DNA of 64,000 nt from an uncultured Chloroflexia bacterium (lineage in GTDB: Bacteria > Chloroflexota > Anaerolineae > JAAYZQ01), in NCBI GenBank assembly GCA_963700285.1, contig CAVOXA010000010.1:576001-640000 (forward strand). The letters are read 5' to 3'. The notes below the pieces were generated by a model. It was not told the DNA's origin. It ran no database searches and saw only the letters and a list, made by a program, of their open reading frames with translations. This document shows positions 37,760 to 51,214 of the stretch, piece after piece (positions within the stretch are counted from its first letter, which is position 1; each line of letters opens with the position of its first letter). The translations under genes and the position numbers were made by a program.

Positions 37760-39700
37760 TCAACCGAGGCCAAATACAAAGAACCAGAGAATCACGACGC
37801 CAAAGGACACGACATAGGTCAGGGGATATACCCAGTCCAGCACGTTATCAATTCGCTCCGCCAGGTCAGCTTTGTCCTGCATCTCCAACCGCCGCAGAAA
37901 CACATTGTAGACGATCACAAAGGCGTTGACAATGAACATGATGACCATCACCGAGTCCAGAAAGGTCAGATAGCCCAATCGGGGAAAGTCTTCGGCCAGG
38001 CTCCAACTGAAGGCGATGAACAGCAACAGGTTGGCGCTGGCAACCTCGATCCGCCGGCCATAGTCCCGGAGGAAGAATGTGACCCATGACACGACAATGA
38101 TCAGCAGGATGGGGACAAAGACGCGCAGGATATAGTAGCCCAAGTGGCGCGGCGCCTCAAAACTGAAGGTGAAACGGGAGGTCGTGGGGCCGCCCCTGGT
38201 TTTTTCGCTGGTGATGCTGGTCTGAAAGTCCGTCAGGGCATACTCGTCCTCGCCGTGCTCCGGGCTGATCTCGGTAAAGCCCTCCAAGTCGGCATAGTGA
38301 TAGTACTCCTCGGGGTAGAGCGCGTCAACCCGGATCACAAACTGCTGGGTATCAAAAGGATACTGCCTAAAGTCGAAATCGACCTGAAAATCCGTCGTGA
38401 AGCGTTCAAAATAGCTGGCACGCCCGTCGGCAAAAACGACCAGGTCCCGGTTCTGGATCCAGCGGTTGCCCTGCTGGTTCTGCAGGCTGAAAGCAGGCCA
38501 TCTCCCCCCAAACTCATCCAGAAATTGGCTGAAGGTTTCCTGGGTATAGGTCTTGAGAACGCATTGGCAGGTGTCAGGACTAAAGGCAAGGGTCGGGTCG
38601 GCCCATTCCATCTGCAAGCTGGATACCGCCGTGAAAAACTCCTGCTGCGAAACCACATCGATGATCTGTTCCACGCGCATGCCGACCTGGACCTCTACGG
38701 GCGCTCGAATCACCACCCGCCCATCGGGCTCTGCCTGTCCAGCCATCACTTCAGGCACGTTGATGCCCACCAGCAGGCGATAGTCGCCACTGGTCACACG
38801 TTCGTCCCCGCAACAGCTGGTGATCTCGAGCCTGTAGTTCTGGGCTGCTTCAGGAAAGGTGTACTGCAGGCTGGCCCGAGGCTCGCTGCCGCCCAGGTTT
38901 CCGACGCGGATCGGCTTGCGGGCAAAGTTCTGCAGCTCGATGATGGGCGCCAGATCCCCCGACGTCGCTTCGACAAAAGCATACAGGGTATCCCCAGGTC
39001 GAAGGCCTTGTAGCTCCACAAAAGTGGACCTCTTTTCCGGCGTGAGGGATCCAGAGACCTCCTGGACACCGGCCCCGAGCGGTGTGGCTTCGGCGTCCAA
39101 CACCGCAATGGTGTCGCCGGTGGACATGGTTTCGCCATTGGGCGTTTCCCCGCCGGCCAGGACATCTGGAACGTCCAGCCCGATCAGCAGATGGTACTCG
39201 CCAAAGGTCTGCCCTCCAGCTACTGCCAGTGCTCCGGTGACCAGCAGCCGGTAATCGCCGTCAGTCGGTACCTCGAACTCGAGGGCCGCCGACAGCCCCC
39301 CACCGCTATCATCATCCCAGGCCAACGTGAACTCGTCGCGGACTTGGTCCAGCGCTTCCAGTGGGTCTAACCCACCGGCGACAGCCTCATCCAGGGCAGT
39401 TTCGGCTGACATTTCCAGCGCCGCGGGATCGGCATCCGTCTCTACCACACCCATGATGGGGTCCAAGTTGCCTGATATGCCATCCACTCGAACGTAGAGC
39501 GTCTGGCCCGCCTGAAGATCGGGTAGACGATACAACACAATCTCCCCGGGCTCGATCCTACCGGTCAGCTCTTGAACCGGCCCATCGCCCTGAGCCAAGG
39601 CTGGACCCATGCCGAGGGTCAAGGTCAGCCCCACAAGTAGAAAGGGCAACAGCCACTTTGGACAGCGGCCAGAGATAAAGCGGTAGTCAATCCTTTGCAT
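37760..39700 (-). CDS. Pentameric ligand-gated ion channel with two N-terminal jelly-roll/PPC-like domains (DeCLIC-like)
   Basis: Signal peptide; two repeats (SGNLDP/SGDLAP...GDYRLLV); WADPTLAF; Pro-loop DFRQYPFDTQ; M1 YILRVFVP; M2 SANLLLFIAF; PRLGYLTFLD; M4. Confidence 0.9.
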   Translation of the reverse strand: MQRIDYRFISGRCPKWLLPFLLVGLTLTLGMGPALAQGDGPVQELTGRIEPGEIVLYRLPDLQAGQTLYVRVDGISGNLDPIMGVVETDADPAALEMSAETALDEAVAGGLDPLEALDQVRDEFTLAWDDDSGGGLSAALEFEVPTDGDYRLLVTGALAVAGGQTFGEYHLLIGLDVPDVLAGGETPNGETMSTGDTIAVLDAEATPLGAGVQEVSGSLTPEKRSTFVELQGLRPGDTLYAFVEATSGDLAPIIELQNFARKPIRVGNLGGSEPRASLQYTFPEAAQNYRLEITSCCGDERVTSGDYRLLVGINVPEVMAGQAEPDGRVVIRAPVEVQVGMRVEQIIDVVSQQEFFTAVSSLQMEWADPTLAFSPDTCQCVLKTYTQETFSQFLDEFGGRWPAFSLQNQQGNRWIQNRDLVVFADGRASYFERFTTDFQVDFDFRQYPFDTQQFVIRVDALYPEEYYHYADLEGFTEISPEHGEDEYALTDFQTSITSEKTRGGPTTSRFTFSFEAPRHLGYYILRVFVPILLIIVVSWVTFFLRDYGRRIEVASANLLLFIAFSWSLAEDFPRLGYLTFLDSVMVIMFIVNAFVIVYNVFLRRLEMQDKADLAERIDNVLDWVYPLTYVVSFGVVILWFFVFGLG

Positions 39701-39884
39701 ATGTACAGTCCAAATCTGTTCCCAGGTAATGCCGGGACTCTCAAACGAGAGCCTTTGAGTCCATCGTACTGTCTCTCAATGCGAAGCGGTGAACTCATGA
39801 TACCATGAATTAGCCCGCTGGGCAAAGGCTCGGCGTAGGGACAAGAACTGTCCTCGAGTGCTGCCTGCACGGGATCTGCAGAAT

Positions 39885-39926
39885 GCAAAACGCGAGACGT
39901 GATTTCACGCCTCACGTCCTCGCGTT
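39885..39926 (-). terminator. Intrinsic terminator downstream of the DUF1269 gene
   Basis: Hairpin AACGCGAGACGTGA...TCACGTCCTCGCGTT with a T-run on the minus strand. Confidence 0.55.
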
Positions 39927-39996
39927 CTACACTGTCAATCCGCCTCCAGGTACGGTAGGATCTTCCGGTTGCCTGGAAGCGTACAGAAGAACTTAT

Positions 39997-40761
39997 CTAG
40001 GCTTCCTCCCCCGCGTCCGCCTCTTCCGCTTCTTCGACTTCGACGACCTCTTCCTCAGGTACGGAAGCGCCGACGGCATAGACCGTGCCCTCTTCGGTGG
40101 CGATCAGGGCCTCGCCCACGGTGCCGTCTTCAGTCGTGACCATGTTGCCGGCGATGAGCCCGTCCTCGGTAATGATCAGACGGCTGGACTCAACCCCATC
40201 CTCGCCCGTGGACACCCGGGCCGCGGCAAAGGCATCGGTTGTACTCAGCGCGGTGTAGGCAACCTCGCGCCCGGCGTCGAGCTGGGCGGAGACGTCGGCC
40301 GCAATCTCCTCGGTAAAGACGTCCGCGTCGGCCTCGGCCATCTGTTTCTCCAACTCGGCCACCCACTTGTGCTCGACGATGGCGATGATGGCCGAGGTGC
40401 CGGGCTTGAGCCCTTCGCCCACTTTTTTCAGCCGCTCGTCGGAAAAGCCTGAATCGCGCAGCTTGGCGGCCAGCCCGCCGATCAGAGCGCCAACTGCGCC
40501 GGTCACCAGGGCCCCCGGGCCGAGCAGGATGCCAGCGGCAGCGCCGATGGCGCCCCCAGCCACGGCGCCCTTGCCACCACCCCAGTCGCCTGTCTCCTTG
40601 ATGTGGAGCTTGTTCTTTTCGTCGCGGCGGATGACAGCGGCATTCTGGATGCCTATCAGGCCCGCCCACTTGGCTTCCTTCAACTCCTGCAGGGCCTCGT
40701 CGGCGGCCTTTTCCTCGTTGAACGCAGCAATGAGCATCTGAACTGGAACATCACTCATCAT
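39997..40761 (-). CDS. DUF1269 family protein (glycine-zipper) with acidic C-terminal extension
   Basis: AAVIRRDEKNKLHIKET, GAVAGGAIG...GALIGGLAAKLRDSG and LKPGTSAI. Confidence 0.85.
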   Translation of the reverse strand: MMSDVPVQMLIAAFNEEKAADEALQELKEAKWAGLIGIQNAAVIRRDEKNKLHIKETGDWGGGKGAVAGGAIGAAAGILLGPGALVTGAVGALIGGLAAKLRDSGFSDERLKKVGEGLKPGTSAIIAIVEHKWVAELEKQMAEADADVFTEEIAADVSAQLDAGREVAYTALSTTDAFAAARVSTGEDGVESSRLIITEDGLIAGNMVTTEDGTVGEALIATEEGTVYAVGASVPEEEVVEVEEAEEADAGEEA

Positions 40762-41101
40762 AGAACCTCCCTTTGAAATAGTGATTGTTTTCTGGTCTTA
40801 TTGTAGCACGAACGCCGCAACCGCACATCAGCCGATCGTACAGTCTTTTACCTATACAAATGTACAGTCTTTCGTTGGAACGAGCTTTTTGCCTCCTTGG
40901 ACGGCCTCATTGTGTTCAGTGTGACTGGGCTTCACCCCCCCAGAAAGTGGGCGCATTGACAACCACTACAAACCGTGATACGGTATCTCTGCTGATCCGC
41001 CGTAGGCAACGCACTGTTATGTCAATCATCCGGAACTACAATCCGGCCTCCGTGAACTTGATGGAAGCGGATTGGACTGAAAGCTGAAAGGTGGTCCGAA
41101 C

Positions 41102-41356
41102 ATGATGACATTGAAGCCACACCCTCGTACTCGTAATGCATGGCTGCGAAACGACATGCCCTTGGTCGTCAAGGCGCCGCATCTCAACGGCGATTCTGTA
41201 CCGGCATCGGTGGGTACGGCCCTCGACTTGTTGGGTGGCCTGGAGAGGACGATTCGGCCAGGCGACGAGGTGATGATCAAACCCAACTTGAACTGCTCGT
41301 ATGCCCTGCCGCTTTCGACGGAACTGGGCTTTTTGGCCGCGATGGCATCATCGTGA
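41102..41356 (+). pseudogene. DUF362-like N-terminal fragment truncated next to an IS end
   Basis: ALDLLGGL...IRPGDEVMIKPN. Confidence 0.6.
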
Positions 41357-41367
41357 AGGCTGAGGCC

Positions 41368-41985
41368 ATTGGTCACAAGTTAAGGATCTGATGAATCTGT
41401 CAAGTCGAGCAGCTCAAGTGGAGACGGTCGATGTTTCCGTTTGCGTTTGACAACCCCGAGCAACTTTGCATTGTCGGCCAGGTAGACGACGGGGTCGTCC
41501 GTTTCGCCCCGATGGTACGCTTGGGCGAAGTAATAGATGCTCCGGTAGACCATCTCCATAGAAATCGCTGCAAACGGCTTGTTCAGATGTTCGGCGATAG
41601 CGTCCGTCAAGTCGACCAAAATAGCATACAACAACCAGGTGGCCCACAACTCAAGCTCGACACCGTTCTGCGAGCCAACCCAGAAGTATGCCAGACCCAG
41701 CAACCGCTTGACGATGTTGTACGCATCTTCGATTCGCCAGCGCTGCCAGTAAAGTGCCACCACGTAGGGCGCCGGCAAACGCTCCGTATCCAATTCATTG
41801 GTCAGGTAGCGGTACCACTTGCCCTGGTACAGAACCTGGATGAGGCGAACCAACTTCCGGTCGTCGCCCTTGCCAATCCAAACCAGGATTTCGTGGACTT
41901 GGGCAGTCCGCTGCAGATAACGTTCGACCTCATAGGCCAGGTTACTCTTGGCTCGTGTCACGAAAGTGATGCCTGCCGTCGTCAG
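41368..41985 (-). mobile_element. IS4-family transposase, C-terminal half with right terminal repeat
   Basis: ITFVTRAKSN, YLTN.LD and LYWQRWRIEDAY..VKRLLG (YREK motif); putative end sequence CATTGGTCACAAGTTA overlaps the stop. Confidence 0.85.
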
Positions 41986-43931
41986 TAGTAGGTCCCACTC
42001 ACGTTCCAGACGCGGATCGCATACTGGTCCGGAGGTGTGACCCGGGAGGAGCCGGGCTCCCCATTATCGGTGACGTCTACCTGGAACTGGTAGTTGCCGC
42101 CGATGCTGCATAACACGCCGGTCAGCCGGTCCACGGCCTGGACAGTGTTCTTGCCGGTAATGGTGGCCTTGCAGCCGCCGGTGGTGTTCGCGCGGCAATC
42201 ATAGATGTTCAGGCCCTGCATGGCGTCGCTCTTGATGATCCAGTCATAGGCCCGCTCACCCGCTGGCGCGTTCGGCAAGATCGTGCTCAGGTCTGTGGTG
42301 ACGCGGTAGACGAAGAGGCTGTTGCCCTGGACCCGGCCTTTTTTGAGGAACTTGGCTGCAAAGCCAAAGTTGACGCGGCCGCTCGTGATCGGGTCGATCA
42401 ACCAGCCTCCGCCGGCGGCCATCCCCGTGCTCGGGTCGTTCACCAGGACGATTACTGTCTCAAATGGGGCCGCATAGTAGGGATTGACTACCAGGCTGAC
42501 CTTCACCTGGAAGGGATCTGACGCAGGGAGGTCCACGGTACAACTGCCATACCCTTTCCCATTGGCGACGTTGCCTATTTCTGCCGTGCACCCGGCCAGG
42601 GGCGTGATGAAGGTCGTGTCGTCGAAGCCAAAGACCTGGAGCAGGACTCCCTGCCCGCTGAGATGGTCGCCCAGTGAGCCGTCCTGCTGCTCCTCCAGAG
42701 TGGCAGCCAACGTCACCCTCGCCCTGGCCCCTTCTCTGGCAGTCGTGACCTGCGTATCGCCAGTGTAGGCGATTTCCGCACGCTCCTTGGTGTTCTCGAA
42801 GGGATCCGAGTCACTGCTTCCCAGGTACAGGGCATCTTTAGCAAAACTCGACACCACATCCAGCGCGCCGCCCGGCTGGCCCAGCAGGATGCTGCCCTTG
42901 GCCAGGCCGACGGCATTCGTGGTGGCGGAGGTCGACTGCGTGCCGATGGTGAAGCCGATCGTCTTGCCAGCGAGAGGTGCGCCCTGAAGACTGCCGCCGC
43001 CGTCGTCGGTCAGTATGGCCTAGACGACGGTCGAATCGGAGTACTGTGTTGAAGTGCTGCCGCTGTAGACGAGGGCTGTGGGCCGCTTCTGCACAGTGAT
43101 CTTGATCGCCTCCTCATCGCAGAGCGGGTCCGAGACGTCGCGTGTTGCACCGTTGTCGCAGACCTTCACCGTGAGGGTGCGATCCCCGATCTGGCTTGAG
43201 GTAGGCGTCCAGGCGAAGGCGCCGCCTGCCGTGATGCTGGCGCCGGTTGGGTCGCCCGCCAGGCTGAAGGTCAGCGCGTTGGCCGGGCGGTCTGGATCGG
43301 TAGCCGTGGCGCTGAACGTGAGCTTGTTGCCCCAGGTCGCCGACGGTGTCGAGGGCGGGTGGGCTGTTGACCTCGTGCACAGTCACGGCAATGGTCTCGC
43401 TGTCGCACAGCCCAGGCGCCCCGTTGTCGCAGACCTTGACGGTTAGGGGGTAGCTGCCAGGCCCCTGCTCCTCCGTCGGGGTCCAGGTGCCGGATAACAG
43501 CCCGCAGACCGTCGCATTCAGGACGCAGGTCTCGTACTCGATGGCGTTGCCGGTGTACGTGCCGCCCTGCGGCATATAGGTGCTCCGCAGTGGTTGCGGA
43601 TCGTGCCGTCGTTGGTGATCGTCCCTTGGAGAGCCAGCAGGGCATAGGTTTCAAAGACACCGGTCCCGGTGTTGTGGAGCGTGGTGCCGGCGGGGATGGT
43701 CAGGTCGGCCATGATTGGAATCGGGTTGACTGGTCGCCAGGCACTTCCCCCACCCGCCACTGTGCAGGTCTTGGAACCCTTGTTCCAGGTGCCGGGTAGC
43801 GCCGCGCACGAGGTCGCATCAAGGGTCGTGGCTTGCGCCGAGACAGGTTCAGCCAGCGGTCCGGCCGAGACGACTGGCAATAATCTTGCTGACAATAGAG
43901 CAACTACGATGCTTGGCCCCAAGTGTTTCAT
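41982..43931 (-). pseudogene. Internally deleted paralog of the 51215-56210 surface protein
   Basis: Same signal/head (ATTLDATSCAALPGTWN), last Ig repeat and C-terminal domain; large internal deletions, stops and a missing C-terminus. Confidence 0.88.
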
Positions 43932-44074
43932 GTTCTTTCTTCCTTCTCCCTGTCTCTGTATCTCCCCTTCTTTGCCGGCCGCATCCGTCACAAAGAACTG
44001 GAACAACTCCGCCAACCCGGCAAGGCGCCGCCCCGGGTCCTTACCCACTGATGCCGTTGCGAACTGACGCTAGA

Positions 44075-45647
44075 TCATGGGACCAGCTCGATCTCGCTGG
44101 GCTGCCAGGTTTTGTCGAAGAATGGCTCCAGCGGGCCGTAGAGGCGCAGGAGCACGAACCAGCCCCTGCCGGGGATGGTCTGGATCCAGTTGCCGCGCGC
44201 CACGCCATCGGGCTGCTCGGGAGCAAAGTATACCGTCGTGGAGCCGTCGGCGTTGGGCTCGGCGGCGGGCGACGGATAGCTCTGGCTGCCGGCGCGCGGA
44301 TAGCGCTGCGGCGTGTCGAGCATGGAGCGCGTCTGGTTGTCGTAGAGCGTCAAGGACCAGAAGTTCGCCGCAGGAATGTCCTCCGGCAGCGTCACCTTGT
44401 AGGTCTTGGCCCCGTCAAAGTACGCCTTGTTCGCATCCACCGTGGCCATAAGATATTGCGAGCCGATTCCGCTCAGGAGCATGCCCTCGGCCGGGCTGAC
44501 CATGATGACGCCGTAATGGAAATTGGTTCGAGCATCCAGCATGCGGTAGCCGGTGGGCGGGAAGGTCTTGACGCCTTCGGGCGTGCGCACGCCGTCCTGG
44601 ACCGGCCCCTCGATCACCGGAGGCGGGGTCTCGAAATCGTAGCCGCTGATGGTCAGCGTCAGCGGCATCCAGGCCGAGCCGGGGTAATAGTACCAGCCCG
44701 GATCGCGAGGACTCATGAAGAGGCTGCGCGCGGTGGCGTTGGCGACCTCGACCGCTTCGGTGAGGATCCTCTTCATCCGGGCGTCGGGCGCAAAGGGCTG
44801 GCCCTTGACGATGCCGATGGCGGCGATGGAACCCATCAACTCGGGGTCCAGCGAGCCGGCCGGCTGCTGCTGCACGACCTCGTTGAGCATCTCGTAGTAG
44901 CTAAAGTCGTTGGGCGGGATGGTGTTCATCACCTTGCCGCTGACGTCGTGGAAGACGGTCTCGGGCGGCGGCGTGATCGATCCGAGTTGCAGCCTCGCCG
45001 CGCAGGAACGTGGCGAAGGACGTGCCGACCCCGCCGGCCTCGTAGGGATAGATCTTGAGGAGCTTGCGGATCTGCTCGGCCGCCGGCTTGGGATCGTTGT
45101 TCTCCAGGAACATGCGGCCAAACCACATGACGTACGTGGTCTCGGCTTGGGCGATGAAGAACCCGCCCTCCGGCAGCGGGCCGTCGTAGCCGGGCGGCAG
45201 AATCAGGTATTTCCCGCCCAGACCGCGATCGGGACCGGGCCCGCCAAGGTCGATCACCCAGCGGAACCAGTAGTCGTTGATGGCGCCGAGGTACTTGGGT
45301 GGTGCCTCCAGCACCATGGGGCCACCGGTGAGGTCGAGGAAACCACCGGTATAGACCGTGTCCGCGTTGGTCGTCAGGATCACCGACTTGGCGTCCATCA
45401 ACTCGGAGAAGATGAGGGCCTCGTTGTCCGCCACGCCGGCCTCGAGCCAGCCCTGGTGCATGGCGTGCATGCTGACGCCCTGTACGGCGTTGACGAACGC
45501 CTCGAAGGCGTGTGTAAAGTCCAGGTTGTCATAGACCCTATCGAGCGTCTCCTGGCTCGGCATGCCGTCGGTGAACTCCAGGGTGCCGATTCGGGACTCG
45601 AACTTGTCGGGTGTCGTGATCCTCGACGGATAGATCGGATGCTTCAT
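44075..45647 (-). CDS. DUF1254/DUF1214 family protein; one apparent extra base near 44990
   Basis: ITTPDKFESRIGTLEF.DG.P, LTTNADTVY, GPDRGLGGKYL, GSQY, FWSLTLYDNQTRS, NWIQT.PG and LRLYGPL..FFDKTW. Confidence 0.85.
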
Positions 45648-45796
45648 CGTTTCCTCCTTGTTCGTCTTGCAGAATCTCTACGGGGCGTCCAATCTCCCCA
45701 GGGTCAGAGCGCTTGCGCTCTTGGTCGCGTTCTTTCCTCAGCTCCTCAGAACCGTTGGCGTCTTGATGTATTCAGGCTAGCAACTGCGCTCTCCGC

Positions 45797-46177
45797 CTAT
45801 CCCTCTACCTCGAATGGTTCGGACCCTGCGTCTTCTTCTCCCTGCCCTCGCCTCTCTCCGGCGGCGATCTGGCGGATCTGGTTCAGTGTCAGCGATTGGG
45901 CTGCCCGCCCTGAAAGCAGCACCGCCTGGTTGTGCTCTGTGTCCAGGCCGACCATTAGCGGGGGCGGGTCCTTGACCAGCAGCGGCAGGACGTGGCTTTC
46001 ACTGGTGCCGGTCCGGTCGAAGATGAGCACATCGGGCGTATGCTCGAGCAGCCGCTGCCCGGCCTCTGCCCACGTCCTGGCCCGCTCTACTTGCACTCCT
46101 GGAACCTCAGCCAGGCCCGCGGCCACACCCGACAGCAACAACGACTGGCCGTACAGCAAAACCGTTCGCGCGCTCAT
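45797..46177 (-). CDS. Atypical stand-alone receiver-like protein, copy A
   Basis: MSARTVLLYGQSLLLSGV...PDVLIFD; close paralog of 56313-56705. Confidence 0.75.
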   Translation of the reverse strand: MSARTVLLYGQSLLLSGVAAGLAEVPGVQVERARTWAEAGQRLLEHTPDVLIFDRTGTSESHVLPLLVKDPPPLMVGLDTEHNQAVLLSGRAAQSLTLNQIRQIAAGERRGQGEEDAGSEPFEVEG

Positions 46178-46370
46178 GCTTTCGGTATAGCAGTTGACGA
46201 GGCGTTTGTAACCTACCCGCGGGGATAGAAAAAGGATAGTCTCGCCAGCCGTGAGACTATCCCTGGGGATAGGGAGGGATAGGGCCGACTTTTCCTGGGG
46301 ATGGGGGCAGAGGGGGTGACAGGGAGACACGGGGACACGGAGACGAACAGACGCGGAGGAGGTCTCCCTA
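46178..46370 (-). promoter_or_regulatory. Cassette promoter, copy A (degenerate)
   Basis: 7-2-7 boxes at 46213, 46257 and 46289; -10 altered to TATACC, 6 nt before the ATG. Confidence 0.65.
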
Positions 46371-46424
46371 CGCCCGAGGCGCCCTGCCACTCTCTCCCAG
46401 TGTCTCTTTGTCTGAGTGTTACCC

Positions 46425-46540
46425 CATCGCTGCGCCCATCCGCTGTGGTGGGCGTAGGTGACCACCTGCTCGCGGTCCTTGAGGTGCAGGCGTTGCAGCA
46501 CCTCGCCCATGTGATACTAGACTGTGTGCTCGCTCAACTG
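46425..46540 (-). pseudogene. C-terminal HTH remnant of a NarL/LuxR regulator, copy A
   Basis: LSEHTV*YHMGEVLQRLHLKDREQVV matches the ends of the regulators at 56952 and 63069. Confidence 0.8.
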
Positions 46541-46591
46541 GGGCCAAAGATCCTGAGATTCAGGCCTCTGTCTGATCAATTCTGATCCGCT

Positions 46592-46631
46592 ATCAGGTGC
46601 CCGGCACCCTGCCGGGTGCCGGGCACCTGAT
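46592..46631. repeat. Perfect 18-bp inverted repeat (REP-like or terminator)
   Basis: ATCAGGTGCCCGGCACCC-TGCC-GGGTGCCGGGCACCTGAT, 4 nt after the stop of the 46636 gene. Confidence 0.85.
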
Positions 46632-46635
46632 GCAG

Positions 46636-51117
<4,482 letters not shown>

Positions 51118-51214
51118 CCTTTCCTCCTTTGTCTGTTGCTTCTTCCAAGTTCTGGGTCTGGTTAGGTCCTGCAGGCAAGTAGCGCTGGTTTTCTGGCCCC
51201 GAAAGGTGCCCTCC

